The notes under the pieces: model-generated | What the model saw: only the letters and a program-made list of their open reading frames with translations | What the model was told of the DNA's origin: nothing | The model's database searches: none | Program-made: the position numbers and the translations under genes | From: Candidatus Gastranaerophilales bacterium | GTDB taxonomy: Bacteria > Cyanobacteriota > Vampirovibrionia > Gastranaerophilales > UBA9971 | DNA length: 52,178 nucleotides | NCBI GenBank assembly: GCA_028278305.1 | Contig: JANQEP010000089.1 | Span: forward strand, 1-52,178 | Reading direction: 5' to 3' | Part shown: one piece after another, positions 26,279 through 35,268 of the stretch | How the letters are laid out: each line of letters begins with the position of its first letter | Numbering within the stretch: position 1 is the stretch's first letter

Positions 26279-28642
26279 ATGGAAGAAATACTTAAAGGAT
26301 TGAATTGCTCGCAAAAAGAAGCGGTAATTAAGGAAGAGGGACCACTCGTAGTCCTTGCGGGGGCAGGCAGCGGTAAAACAAAGGTTCTTACCCACAGGGT
26401 AGCAGGACTGGTAGAGCGCGGTGTACGTCCGTGGGAAATTCTTGCCGTAACTTTTACAAATAAAGCAGCTAAAGAAATGAAGCAAAGACTCGAGTTCCTA
26501 CTGGGCGAAGCTCAGGCAAAACATCTCTGGATAGGCACTTTTCACAGTATTTGCGGGAAACTTCTCCGGTTTGAAATAGAAAACTATATGGTCAATAATG
26601 AACCTTTCCGGCAGAAAAACTTTGTTATTTTTGATGAAAATGACAGCGTAAGCCTGGTAAAGCAGGCAATAAAATCTGAAAACCTTGATGATAAACTCTA
26701 TAAACCGCAAGCGGTAAAAGCAACAATAAGCTCTGCAAAGAACAAAATGATAGACACTGACCGTTTTGCAGCAACAGCAAGGGATTACAGAAACCAGACT
26801 ATCGCAAGGATTTACCAGGTTTATGAAAACATGCTAAAGACCAATAACGCGCTTGACTTTGATGACCTTTTGATGAGCGTTGTCAGGCTTTTTGAGAATT
26901 GCCCTGAAGTCCTGGAAAAATATAAGTCAAAGTTCAGCCATATCCTGGTAGATGAATTTCAGGACACTAACCTTCCCCAGTATAGGATGATTGACCTGCT
27001 ATACAGGGGCGCTAATCCCGATGATAAGACAGTTTCAAATGGAAGAAGCCTGTGCGTTGTAGGCGATATTGACCAGTCAATTTACAGCTGGCGCGGGGCT
27101 GATTATAAAATTCTTCTTAACCTGCAAAAAGATTTTCCTGATGCGCAATTAATAAAACTTGAGCAGAATTACCGCTCTACCGGTAACATTCTTGAGGCGG
27201 CTAACAGTGTTATTATCAATAACAGGGAGAGAATTTCAAAAAAACTTTTTTCAAACAAAGGGCAGGGCTCAAAAATCACGTGCCGGGAAACTATTGATGA
27301 AAACGAAGAAGCACATTTTGTCGTAGAAAAAATAAAGGAATTAACAGCAACCGGTCAATACTCACTCAGTGACTGTGTGATTTTATACAGGACAAACGCC
27401 CAGAGCCGGGCTTTAGAAGAAGCTTTTATGTCCGGGAAAATTCCTTATATTATGGTAGGCGGTATGAAATTCTATGAAAGAAAAGAAATTAAGGACGTAA
27501 TTGCCTATTTAAAGCTTATTTATAATACAAGCGACTCGCAGAGCCTGCGCAGGATTATTAATGTTCCCAAAAGAGCCATAGGAGCTTCGACTATTAAAAA
27601 AATTGATGAGATTGCAAGAAAATACAGTCTTTCAATGTTCGGGGTTATTGAAAAAGCCGATGATTTTGCGGATGAGCTTAGCCCTAAAGTTGCCAAAAAG
27701 CTTAAGGAATTTCATTACCTGATAGCCAGCCTGATAAAAGATTGTCCTGAGTATGATCTTAGCGAATTTATTTCTATCTTAATTGAGAGAACAGGGTATA
27801 TAGATGATTTAAAACAGGAAAATACCGAAGAAGCAAACAGCAGGATAGAAAATATCCGGGAATTTATCAGTGTAGCTCGTGAACAGGAAGATCTGGGGCT
27901 TGATACGGAGCTGGGAGAATTTTTGACCAGGATGTCTTTAATCAGTGACCTTGATAATGTTGCGGATAACCGGGAAACTGTCACTCTTATGACGTTGCAT
28001 TCAGCTAAGGGGCTTGAATTCCCGATTGTGTTTATGGCAGGGTTGGAAGAGGGGTTATTCCCGCATGCCCGCGCTCTTGGCAGGAATCAGGATATGGAAG
28101 AAGAAAGAAGGCTTATGTATGTGGGAATTACCCGGGCTGAAGAACGGCTTTTCCTTACTTTTACCAAGCGCCGCCTGATTTATGGAGATTACAAATACTT
28201 TATGCCGAGCAGATTTATTGATGAAATCCCGCCGGCTCTGGTGGAAAACATGGAATATACCCCGCCTGAGAAGAAAAACACTGAAAAAGAGCCTTCATAT
28301 AAGCATAGCAAGAAAAATTTTTACCAACAGGACGCGCCTGTAAGCAATACGACTTTTGGCAAGAATTTTAAGCTTCCTGAATCGCTTAAAAAGTCTTCAA
28401 CTACAATTGTAAAAAACAAGGATCAAGAGGTAAAAACTGTGACTTGCGCTGAAAAACCCCGGAATGTTCTGAAACTCCAGGAGTTTTTTGATCCCGGAAC
28501 AAGGGTTTTTCACTATAAGTTTGGAATAGGTGAGATTGACAGGATTGTAAACGTTGAGGATAACCCCATGTATGCCGTTACATTCACACAGGTTGGCAAA
28601 AGATTTATTGACGCGACTTTAGAAACTTTGAAAAAGTTTTAA
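26279..28642 (+). CDS. pcrA: ATP-dependent DNA helicase PcrA/UvrD
   Basis: Motifs AGAGSGKT, DEFQDTN, GDIDQSIYSWRGA, TLHSAKGLEF and VGITRAE. The C-terminal Tudor-like tail is typical of PcrA. Confidence 0.9.
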   Translation: MEEILKGLNCSQKEAVIKEEGPLVVLAGAGSGKTKVLTHRVAGLVERGVRPWEILAVTFTNKAAKEMKQRLEFLLGEAQAKHLWIGTFHSICGKLLRFEIENYMVNNEPFRQKNFVIFDENDSVSLVKQAIKSENLDDKLYKPQAVKATISSAKNKMIDTDRFAATARDYRNQTIARIYQVYENMLKTNNALDFDDLLMSVVRLFENCPEVLEKYKSKFSHILVDEFQDTNLPQYRMIDLLYRGANPDDKTVSNGRSLCVVGDIDQSIYSWRGADYKILLNLQKDFPDAQLIKLEQNYRSTGNILEAANSVIINNRERISKKLFSNKGQGSKITCRETIDENEEAHFVVEKIKELTATGQYSLSDCVILYRTNAQSRALEEAFMSGKIPYIMVGGMKFYERKEIKDVIAYLKLIYNTSDSQSLRRIINVPKRAIGASTIKKIDEIARKYSLSMFGVIEKADDFADELSPKVAKKLKEFHYLIASLIKDCPEYDLSEFISILIERTGYIDDLKQENTEEANSRIENIREFISVAREQEDLGLDTELGEFLTRMSLISDLDNVADNRETVTLMTLHSAKGLEFPIVFMAGLEEGLFPHARALGRNQDMEEERRLMYVGITRAEERLFLTFTKRRLIYGDYKYFMPSRFIDEIPPALVENMEYTPPEKKNTEKEPSYKHSKKNFYQQDAPVSNTTFGKNFKLPESLKKSSTTIVKNKDQEVKTVTCAEKPRNVLKLQEFFDPGTRVFHYKFGIGEIDRIVNVEDNPMYAVTFTQVGKRFIDATLETLKKF

Positions 28643-28832
28643 CCTGCTATAATTTTTTGGCATGAATGAGCTTTAAAATGACCGGGGCGAAAATGAATTC
28701 TCACGAACTCCTGCTTCGCTGCTAAAATGCGGACAGCGCCGCCTGCTTCGTAAACAAAGCCAGATTATTGCCGCAGGCAAATGTTATTCAGTGATATCCT
28801 GACTTTTGGCTAGCTAATTCCAATGTCTGGTT
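28639..28832 (-). mobile_element. R3 MITE-like repeat, copy D (divergent interior)
   Basis: The ends TTAACCTGCTATAATT...CATGAATG and GGATATCCTGACTTTTGGCTAGCTAATTCCAATGTCTGGTTAA match the ends of copy B. It overlaps the pcrA stop codon. Confidence 0.55.
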
Positions 28833-28924
28833 AATCAATATAACATTGTGGTCAGGATAGACTTTTAAGCACTACCAAATTTTTAAATTAAAATTCGAAT
28901 AAATTAGCAATTTTTATAAAGTTT

Positions 28925-28953
28925 TTGACTTTATATATATAAGACAATATATG
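28925..28953 (+). promoter_or_regulatory. candidate sigma-70-type promoter for the small gene at 28989
   Basis: TTGACT, a 17-nt spacer, then TATATG. AT-rich DNA makes chance matches likely. Confidence 0.3.
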
Positions 28954-28988
28954 AACATGTGTTATTAAAGTTATCTAGGAGAAATACA

Positions 28989-29210
28989 ATGGCTGTTGGA
29001 GCAAGAGATTACATAGACCAGATGCTGGTTAAAAGATACGCAAAAGAGAACGTCAATAACCCGGAAGATGCCACCAGTATGAATATAACAAAAGAAAGAT
29101 ACTGGGAGATCATGAAGGATATAGCCCAGGTTCATATGGCTATGGTTAAAGTAGCAAACACCTTAAAAAAAGGGTTAAGTTCTCCAACGCCATCTAAAAG
29201 CCAGGCATAG
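28989..29210 (+). CDS. hypothetical 73-aa protein
   Basis: AGGAGA lies 7 nt upstream of ATG 28989, which is preferred over the track start at 28959. No recognisable motif. Confidence 0.45.
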   Translation: MAVGARDYIDQMLVKRYAKENVNNPEDATSMNITKERYWEIMKDIAQVHMAMVKVANTLKKGLSSPTPSKSQA

Positions 29211-29353
29211 CAGTTATAATAAAGGTTTTTAATTTAAAAAGCTGCTGAAATCAGTCTTAAAAGTTATGGGCATATTTTTATAGTTTTGCCCGTCAAATTC
29301 ACTACGACTTATGTTTATGACATAATTAAATAAGATTTTACTAATCTTTTATT

Positions 29354-30202
29354 ATGAATAAACAGTATAAAATTAAAACCGGACTCATAAACTTCACAAA
29401 CTGCCTGCCGTTTAACTTCAGCATTGAGCGAGAAAAACCGGAGAATATAGAGCTAGTCTATGGAACTCCCGCAGAATTGAATAAATTAATGTCAGAAGGC
29501 AGTATTGATGTTGCTCCGATTTCTTCTTTTGAATATTTAATGAACAGAGATAATTATACTCTTATTAAAACAGCCTGTATAAGCTCGGACGGCGAGTGCG
29601 GAAGTGTAATCTTATTTTCTAAAGCCGGCTTTAGAGAGCTAAATAACTGTAAAATCGGACTGCCTGCTGATTCTGCTTCATCTGCGGCTATGTTAAAAGT
29701 TATTCTTAATGAGTATGATAATGATCTTAAAAGCATTATTTTTGAACCTCATAATTATGAGCAAACCCCTGATCAATTTTTAAATTCCGGTTTTAAGGCT
29801 GTCCTGTTCATCGGGGATAATGCCTTAAAAAATAACCTGGCTTTCAATAAAGTTTTTTTAGCCTTTGATATAGGAAAACTCTGGAAAGATCTTACAGGGT
29901 ATCCTGCTGTATTTGGAACCTGGGCTGCCAGAAACAGCTGGATGGAAAAAAACAGGGATAATTTTGAAAAAATAAATAATCTAATCCCTAAAGCAATTGA
30001 AACAGGTCTTGGATTATATTTTAATAGAATACTGAATCATGCATCCGGTAAGCTTTGCCTGAATCAGGAGCTAATCAGGGATTATTTAACAAAAAAAATC
30101 CGATATAATTATACTGAGCGGCATGAAAAAAGCCTTGAGCTTTTTAAAGAGCTTTATAGCAGACTTCAAAAAAGTAAAAAGCTTCATTTTGTAAAAATAT
30201 AA
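29354..30202 (+). CDS. mqnA: MqnA-like chorismate dehydratase (futalosine menaquinone pathway family)
   Basis: The N-terminus KIKTGLINFTNCLPFNF and periplasmic-binding-fold-like length (282 aa) fit the MqnA/DUF178 family. No other mqn genes are adjacent. Confidence 0.65.
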   Translation: MNKQYKIKTGLINFTNCLPFNFSIEREKPENIELVYGTPAELNKLMSEGSIDVAPISSFEYLMNRDNYTLIKTACISSDGECGSVILFSKAGFRELNNCKIGLPADSASSAAMLKVILNEYDNDLKSIIFEPHNYEQTPDQFLNSGFKAVLFIGDNALKNNLAFNKVFLAFDIGKLWKDLTGYPAVFGTWAARNSWMEKNRDNFEKINNLIPKAIETGLGLYFNRILNHASGKLCLNQELIRDYLTKKIRYNYTERHEKSLELFKELYSRLQKSKKLHFVKI

Positions 30203-30207
30203 GTTTT

Positions 30208-31449
30208 ATGAAAAATATAAAAAAATCCATATACGCTATTTTTCTGACAATAATAATTTTAATTCTCGCAGGTTATACCGATAATTATTATAATTCCCAA
30301 ACGCCGGTAGAATATATTATTTCCGGTCTTGAAAATTTCAATAAGTCTCCCCAGGGTGTGTTCAGGAAGGCATGGCGTATCATAAAAAATAATTATGTGG
30401 ATGATAACCATAATCACCAGGATTGGAATAAATGGAAAAACCGCTATGATACTGAAATAGAAACCCATGAAGATGCCAAAGTCGCTATAGAAACAATGCT
30501 GGCAAGTCTTGATGATCCTTACACAAGGTTTTTACCAAAGAGAGCCTTTGAGGAACAACATAGAAATATTGATTCAAAGCTTCAGGGAATAGGTGTTCAT
30601 ATTACTGAAGTTGATGGAGATGTTGTCATAGTAAGCGTTATTGACGACACTCCCGCCCAAAAACACGAACTCATGGAAAAAGATAAAATTTTACAAGTTG
30701 ATGGAGTTTCAACCAAAGGGATCTCAATTAATGATGTAGCTGATATGGTTCGCGGGGAAGTAGGTTCTGAAGTTACCTTAACAATTGAAAGGGATGAAAA
30801 AGTACTTACTAAAAATATAATCCGGGAAGAGATAAAAATAAAAACAGTCAGATCTAAAATGCTTGATAATAATATTGCTTATATTCGAATATCAAGTTTT
30901 ATAAGCTCTGATACAGCTGATGAATTCAAAAAAGCCCTTGAGCAAACCCGAAAAACTGACGGAATAATAGTTGATGTCAGGGGAAATTACGGCGGACTAC
31001 TGTCAAATGCTGTTTATATAACAAATATGTTCTTAAAATCCGGGAATATAGTTAGTATAGTCTACCGTAACGGAAATAAAGATAATTATGAAGCTGATTA
31101 CAGCGGATTTATAACACAAAAGCCAATGGTTATACTTATAGATGAAGGTTCTGCAAGTGCAAGTGAAATATTTAGCGGCGCAATGAAAGATCATAATAAA
31201 GCTACTCTTGTAGGGGAAAAGACTTTTGGAAAAGGCAGGGTTCAAATGATAAGCAGGCTTCCAGATGACTCGGGAATTAATTTCACTATTGCAAAATACC
31301 TTACACCTTCAGGTACGGATATCGACCATAAAGGAATTGAGCCGGATTATGAAGTCGAATATAACAAAAACAGCTTTATGGAAGAAGAAGATATTCAGCT
31401 CGATAAAGCAATAGAAGTTCTTTTAGGTAAATTAAATAAAGCAGCTTAG
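30208..31449 (+). CDS. ctpA: S41 carboxy-terminal processing peptidase
   Basis: N-terminal TM anchor, a PDZ-like segment, catalytic GSASASEIF (Ser) and TFGKG (Lys) motifs. Confidence 0.85.
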   Translation: MKNIKKSIYAIFLTIIILILAGYTDNYYNSQTPVEYIISGLENFNKSPQGVFRKAWRIIKNNYVDDNHNHQDWNKWKNRYDTEIETHEDAKVAIETMLASLDDPYTRFLPKRAFEEQHRNIDSKLQGIGVHITEVDGDVVIVSVIDDTPAQKHELMEKDKILQVDGVSTKGISINDVADMVRGEVGSEVTLTIERDEKVLTKNIIREEIKIKTVRSKMLDNNIAYIRISSFISSDTADEFKKALEQTRKTDGIIVDVRGNYGGLLSNAVYITNMFLKSGNIVSIVYRNGNKDNYEADYSGFITQKPMVILIDEGSASASEIFSGAMKDHNKATLVGEKTFGKGRVQMISRLPDDSGINFTIAKYLTPSGTDIDHKGIEPDYEVEYNKNSFMEEEDIQLDKAIEVLLGKLNKAA

Positions 31450-31586
31450 CTTATGAAATAATACGGCGCTATTAGAAGCGGTCTCAAAAGTTTTAAAAAG
31501 TTTTCATTTTTCCCGCACCAAGATGTAGTCACGTCATTTGTATGTATAAAAAATAATAGATTTTTTGATTGCCTGGCTTTTCTTGC

Positions 31587-32594
31587 TTAAGAAACCGGAT
31601 GATTCTTTTTACGTGAAGAAGCCAGTTTTATACTGCTGATTTTTCCATATTGAGCTCCGAGCATAATCTTTTCCGCTTCTTCCAAAATTCTTACTGTTTC
31701 ATAGCCATTTAAACCATCTGATCGGGGTTTCATTTTATTTTCTATACAGCTTAGAAAATGCTGGCATTCAAGCTTTAGCGGCTCAATTTCTATATAATCA
31801 GGACATTCTATAAGTTTTTTTTCTGTAGTTTGATTATCGTATAATTCAAATTTTTTCTCGGCAAAAGAATCATCAAAAACAGCAGTGGCTTTTGTTCCCC
31901 TGACAAGCAGCACTACTCTTTTTAAAGGATGAATCCAGCTATCGCTAAGGTGAACAAGAACTTCATCTTCAAAACCAATATCTATATGAGTTATATCAAC
32001 AATCCCATCGTTATTTACGGAACATCCTACAGCAGATTCTACCTGCAAGGGTTTTTTGTCCAGGATATAAACTGCCATTGAAAGGTCATGCGGGGCTAAA
32101 TCCCATAAAACACTACGGTCATTCCGGAAAAAGTTTACATTTAACCTGTCGCTCTGTAAATAGGTTATTTTACCCAGAACACCGTCTTTAACTAAAGATT
32201 TAAGCCTGTTTACCACAGGATGATACAGGAGTAAATGCCCAACCATAAGCACAAGCCCTTTTTTATCAGCAAGTTCCGTTAATTCTTTTGCTTCCTCGCT
32301 GTTTGTTGCTATAGGTTTCTCCACGTAAACATGTTTGCCTGCTTCAAGGGATTTTTTTGTAAGATTATAATGCGTGTGACTTGGCGTTGCAATCACTACG
32401 CCGCTAATCTCTTCTGTTTGAAGAATCTGATCAAAATCACAGATACATTTAATTCCTTTATAGTCTTCCGTAATTTTACAGAGAACTTCAGACTCCATGT
32501 CGCATACACTGTAAAGAGCTTCAAGGTTATAGAAGTTTCTTACAAGGTTTCTGCCCCAGGTTCCGCATCCTATGACAGCTACTTTAACACTCAA
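31587..32594 (-). CDS. Gfo/Idh/MocA family NAD(P)-dependent oxidoreductase
   Basis: N-terminal Rossmann VAVIGCGTWG and the EKP motif (HVYVEKP). Confidence 0.8.
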   Translation of the reverse strand: MSVKVAVIGCGTWGRNLVRNFYNLEALYSVCDMESEVLCKITEDYKGIKCICDFDQILQTEEISGVVIATPSHTHYNLTKKSLEAGKHVYVEKPIATNSEEAKELTELADKKGLVLMVGHLLLYHPVVNRLKSLVKDGVLGKITYLQSDRLNVNFFRNDRSVLWDLAPHDLSMAVYILDKKPLQVESAVGCSVNNDGIVDITHIDIGFEDEVLVHLSDSWIHPLKRVVLLVRGTKATAVFDDSFAEKKFELYDNQTTEKKLIECPDYIEIEPLKLECQHFLSCIENKMKPRSDGLNGYETVRILEEAEKIMLGAQYGKISSIKLASSRKKNHPVS

Positions 32595-32815
32595 TGCTTT
32601 TCTCCCTGTAAATTTTTAAAATTATAATTAAATTTTATATTCTTATTTTAAAAAATATAAAAGTTTCAGTCAATTTTTATAATTTTGCGCTAAGGTTGCA
32701 GCAAAAAATTCTTCGGTAAAATTTTTTCGAAAATTTTTATGTTTTTTGACTAAATTTTATATTAATTTTATCTTGCGGTTAGTATAATTTATTTAAGGGA
32801 ATATAGGAAAAAATA

Positions 32816-33370
32816 ATGATTTCAGGAAAAAATGAAACCAGTTTAATAGAGCTATTTTCAGAAAAAGAAATACAGCAGCGCATACAGGAATTAGCAGAGG
32901 GAATAAATACATTTTTTTCCGCAGAAGAAGAGCTTGTGGTGGTGGCAGTTCTTGCAGGTTCAATTTTATTTGCCTCAGACCTGGTTAAACGTTTAAAAAT
33001 GCCTGTACAACTTGAATTTGTACGTCTTTCCAGCTATGGAAACGGCATTAAAAACTGCGGAAAAGTTAAGCCTGTTGATTTAACCCTGCCAGGCCTTGAG
33101 GGAAAAAACGTCTTAATTGTAGAAGACATAGTAGACAGCGGTTTAACAGCAAAATTTATAATTGACTATTTAAAACTACAGCACAATGCAGCGTCAATTA
33201 AATTTGCAACCCTGCTTAATAAGACCTGCGCAAGAAAAGTACCTGTCCAGGTGGATTTTAGCGGTTTTGAAGTTGATGATAAATTTGTCGTGGGATACGG
33301 CATGGATTTTAAGGGTTATTACAGAAATTTACCTTATATAGGTTATTTCCCGCAGGGTGAAGATGCTTAA
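32816..33370 (+). CDS. hpt: hypoxanthine phosphoribosyltransferase
   Basis: PRPP-binding motif VLIVEDIVDSGLT and the C-terminal VVGYGMDF...YRNLPYIG. Confidence 0.9.
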   Translation: MISGKNETSLIELFSEKEIQQRIQELAEGINTFFSAEEELVVVAVLAGSILFASDLVKRLKMPVQLEFVRLSSYGNGIKNCGKVKPVDLTLPGLEGKNVLIVEDIVDSGLTAKFIIDYLKLQHNAASIKFATLLNKTCARKVPVQVDFSGFEVDDKFVVGYGMDFKGYYRNLPYIGYFPQGEDA

Positions 33371-34376
33371 TTATGATTTTACGGCAGCCTGCATAATTCC
33401 TACAGGGATTGGTGCTTCTATAGGAGGATTTGCCGGGGATGCCTCTGCTTATATAAATCTTTTAGCCGGAGTCTGTCCCGTTATTACCAATCCTAATTCT
33501 GTTAATGCAGCTATATTTTCGGGTGTTAACGAAAATATTCTTTACACAGAGGGTTTTGCTATAGATTCTCTTTTTAAAGGGGAACTGGCTTTGAGACCGT
33601 CCAGGCACAATAAAATTGGTGTTCTCTTTGACAGTGCAATACCCCAAAAAGTCCTGAACGTGCATATAAACACCTTAAACGCTGTTAAAACAACTTATGG
33701 GATGAATATAGCAGAATATGAGATAACCGGGAAGGAAGTTGGGGTTGAGTTTTCAATATCAGAATCAGGAATTTCCACCGGAAGGCTGAATAACCCGCAA
33801 ACCCTGGTTAAATCTGCCCAAAATCTTATTAACAAAGGAACTGAAGCTATTGCTGCTATATGTTACTTTGAAACCCCGGAAAATGACAAGAACTATGCTT
33901 TAAACTGCGGTGTTGATCCGGTAGGAGGAGTCGAGGCAATCATTTCCCATCTTCTTGCCAGGGAATTTAAAATTCCCGTAGCCCATGCGCCCGCTTTCGG
34001 GGAAACAGAACTTTTAATAAGCAGTGAAATTGTCGACAAACGTGCTGCTGCCGAGTACATAACCCCGACTTTTTTGCCCTGTATTCTTAAAGGGCTTTAT
34101 AATGCACCAAAATTAATTGATGCTGATAAAGTAAGGGAAGGGGATATAATAATCGACATGATTAAAGCACTTGTAATGCCTTATGATTGTCTTGGCGGAC
34201 TTCCGGTTTTTGCTGCTATAGAAAGAAATATTCCTGTTATAGCTGTTGAGGAAAACAGAACGGTGCTTGATGTTACTGCCGAGTCCCTGGGGATTCAGGA
34301 TAAGGTTATTAAGGTAAAAAATTACCTCGAAGCAGCGGGTCTGCTTCTTGCTATGAAAAACGGAATTTATTTTTAA
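33357..34376 (+). CDS. DUF3326-like conserved protein of unknown function
   Basis: The N-terminus AACIIPTGIGASIGGFAGDA resembles the DUF3326 family known from cyanobacteria and plants (family recalled from memory, not searched). It overlaps the hpt 3' end by 8-14 bp, depending on GTG 33357 or ATG 33363. Confidence 0.55.
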   Translation: MKMLNYDFTAACIIPTGIGASIGGFAGDASAYINLLAGVCPVITNPNSVNAAIFSGVNENILYTEGFAIDSLFKGELALRPSRHNKIGVLFDSAIPQKVLNVHINTLNAVKTTYGMNIAEYEITGKEVGVEFSISESGISTGRLNNPQTLVKSAQNLINKGTEAIAAICYFETPENDKNYALNCGVDPVGGVEAIISHLLAREFKIPVAHAPAFGETELLISSEIVDKRAAAEYITPTFLPCILKGLYNAPKLIDADKVREGDIIIDMIKALVMPYDCLGGLPVFAAIERNIPVIAVEENRTVLDVTAESLGIQDKVIKVKNYLEAAGLLLAMKNGIYF

Positions 34377-34421
34377 TAGTAAGAGATATTGTGAGGCTTA
34401 TAACCGAGGAAAAAGAAGGTC

Positions 34422-35204
34422 TTAAACATTCTCTTCTCCCTGCTCAGAGCAGGCTCTGCAATCTTCCGGCAGTGATTCTTTTTGTATCCGGATTATTTCC
34501 TTAATTCCTTTTTCAGCCATATCAGCTATTTCAAGAAATTTCTCCCTGTCAAGCGGAGTTTTTTCACTTGTTGCCTGGAATTCAAGTATCTTTCCTGATT
34601 CTGTCATAACAATATTAGCATCAGCGTCAGCATTCGAGTCTTCTACATAGTCCACATCCAGAAGAACTTCTCCGTTAAGGGTTGCTACGCTTATCGCGGC
34701 AACAGGTTCAATTATAGGAATTTCCCGGATTGCTCCGCTCTGTTTCAGCTTTAGCAGTGCGTCATAAAGAGCGACAAAACCACCGGAAATACTTGCCGTA
34801 CGTGTACCTCCGTCAGCCTGGATTACATCAGCATCAATAATTATAGTCCTTTCTCCAATTTTAGTCAGGTCAACAGCTGCTCTCAGGGATCTTCCTATAA
34901 GCCTCTGAATTTCCTGAGTCCTGCCGGAGAGGCAAATTCCCCTGTCTCTCTGTACTCTTCTTTCTGTAGAGCCGGGAAGCAGTGAATACTCCGCTGTAAG
35001 CCAACCTTTTCCGCTGTCTATGAGGAACCTTGGTACTCTATCTTCAATGCTGGCGGTAGTTATTACCTTTGTGTCCCCAAACTCTACCAGAACAGACCCT
35101 GCTGCCTGTTTTGTAAACCCTCTGGTAAACTTTACAGGTCTTAACCGGTCATGGGGTCTGTTATCCTTACGTTCAACCATATTTGCTCTCACTTTTTTAT
35201 TCAA
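34422..35204 (-). CDS. rph: ribonuclease PH
   Basis: The motifs LRPVKFTRGFTKQAAGSVLVEFGDTKV and DADVIQADGGTRTASI are typical of RNase PH. The start may be the internal Met at 35180. Confidence 0.9.
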   Translation of the reverse strand: MNKKVRANMVERKDNRPHDRLRPVKFTRGFTKQAAGSVLVEFGDTKVITTASIEDRVPRFLIDSGKGWLTAEYSLLPGSTERRVQRDRGICLSGRTQEIQRLIGRSLRAAVDLTKIGERTIIIDADVIQADGGTRTASISGGFVALYDALLKLKQSGAIREIPIIEPVAAISVATLNGEVLLDVDYVEDSNADADANIVMTESGKILEFQATSEKTPLDREKFLEIADMAEKGIKEIIRIQKESLPEDCRACSEQGEENV

Positions 35205-35268
35205 TAAGTATGGATTTCATGATATTTTATAATATTATCAAAAACAGAGCTGAGGGTTTGTTTGAATA

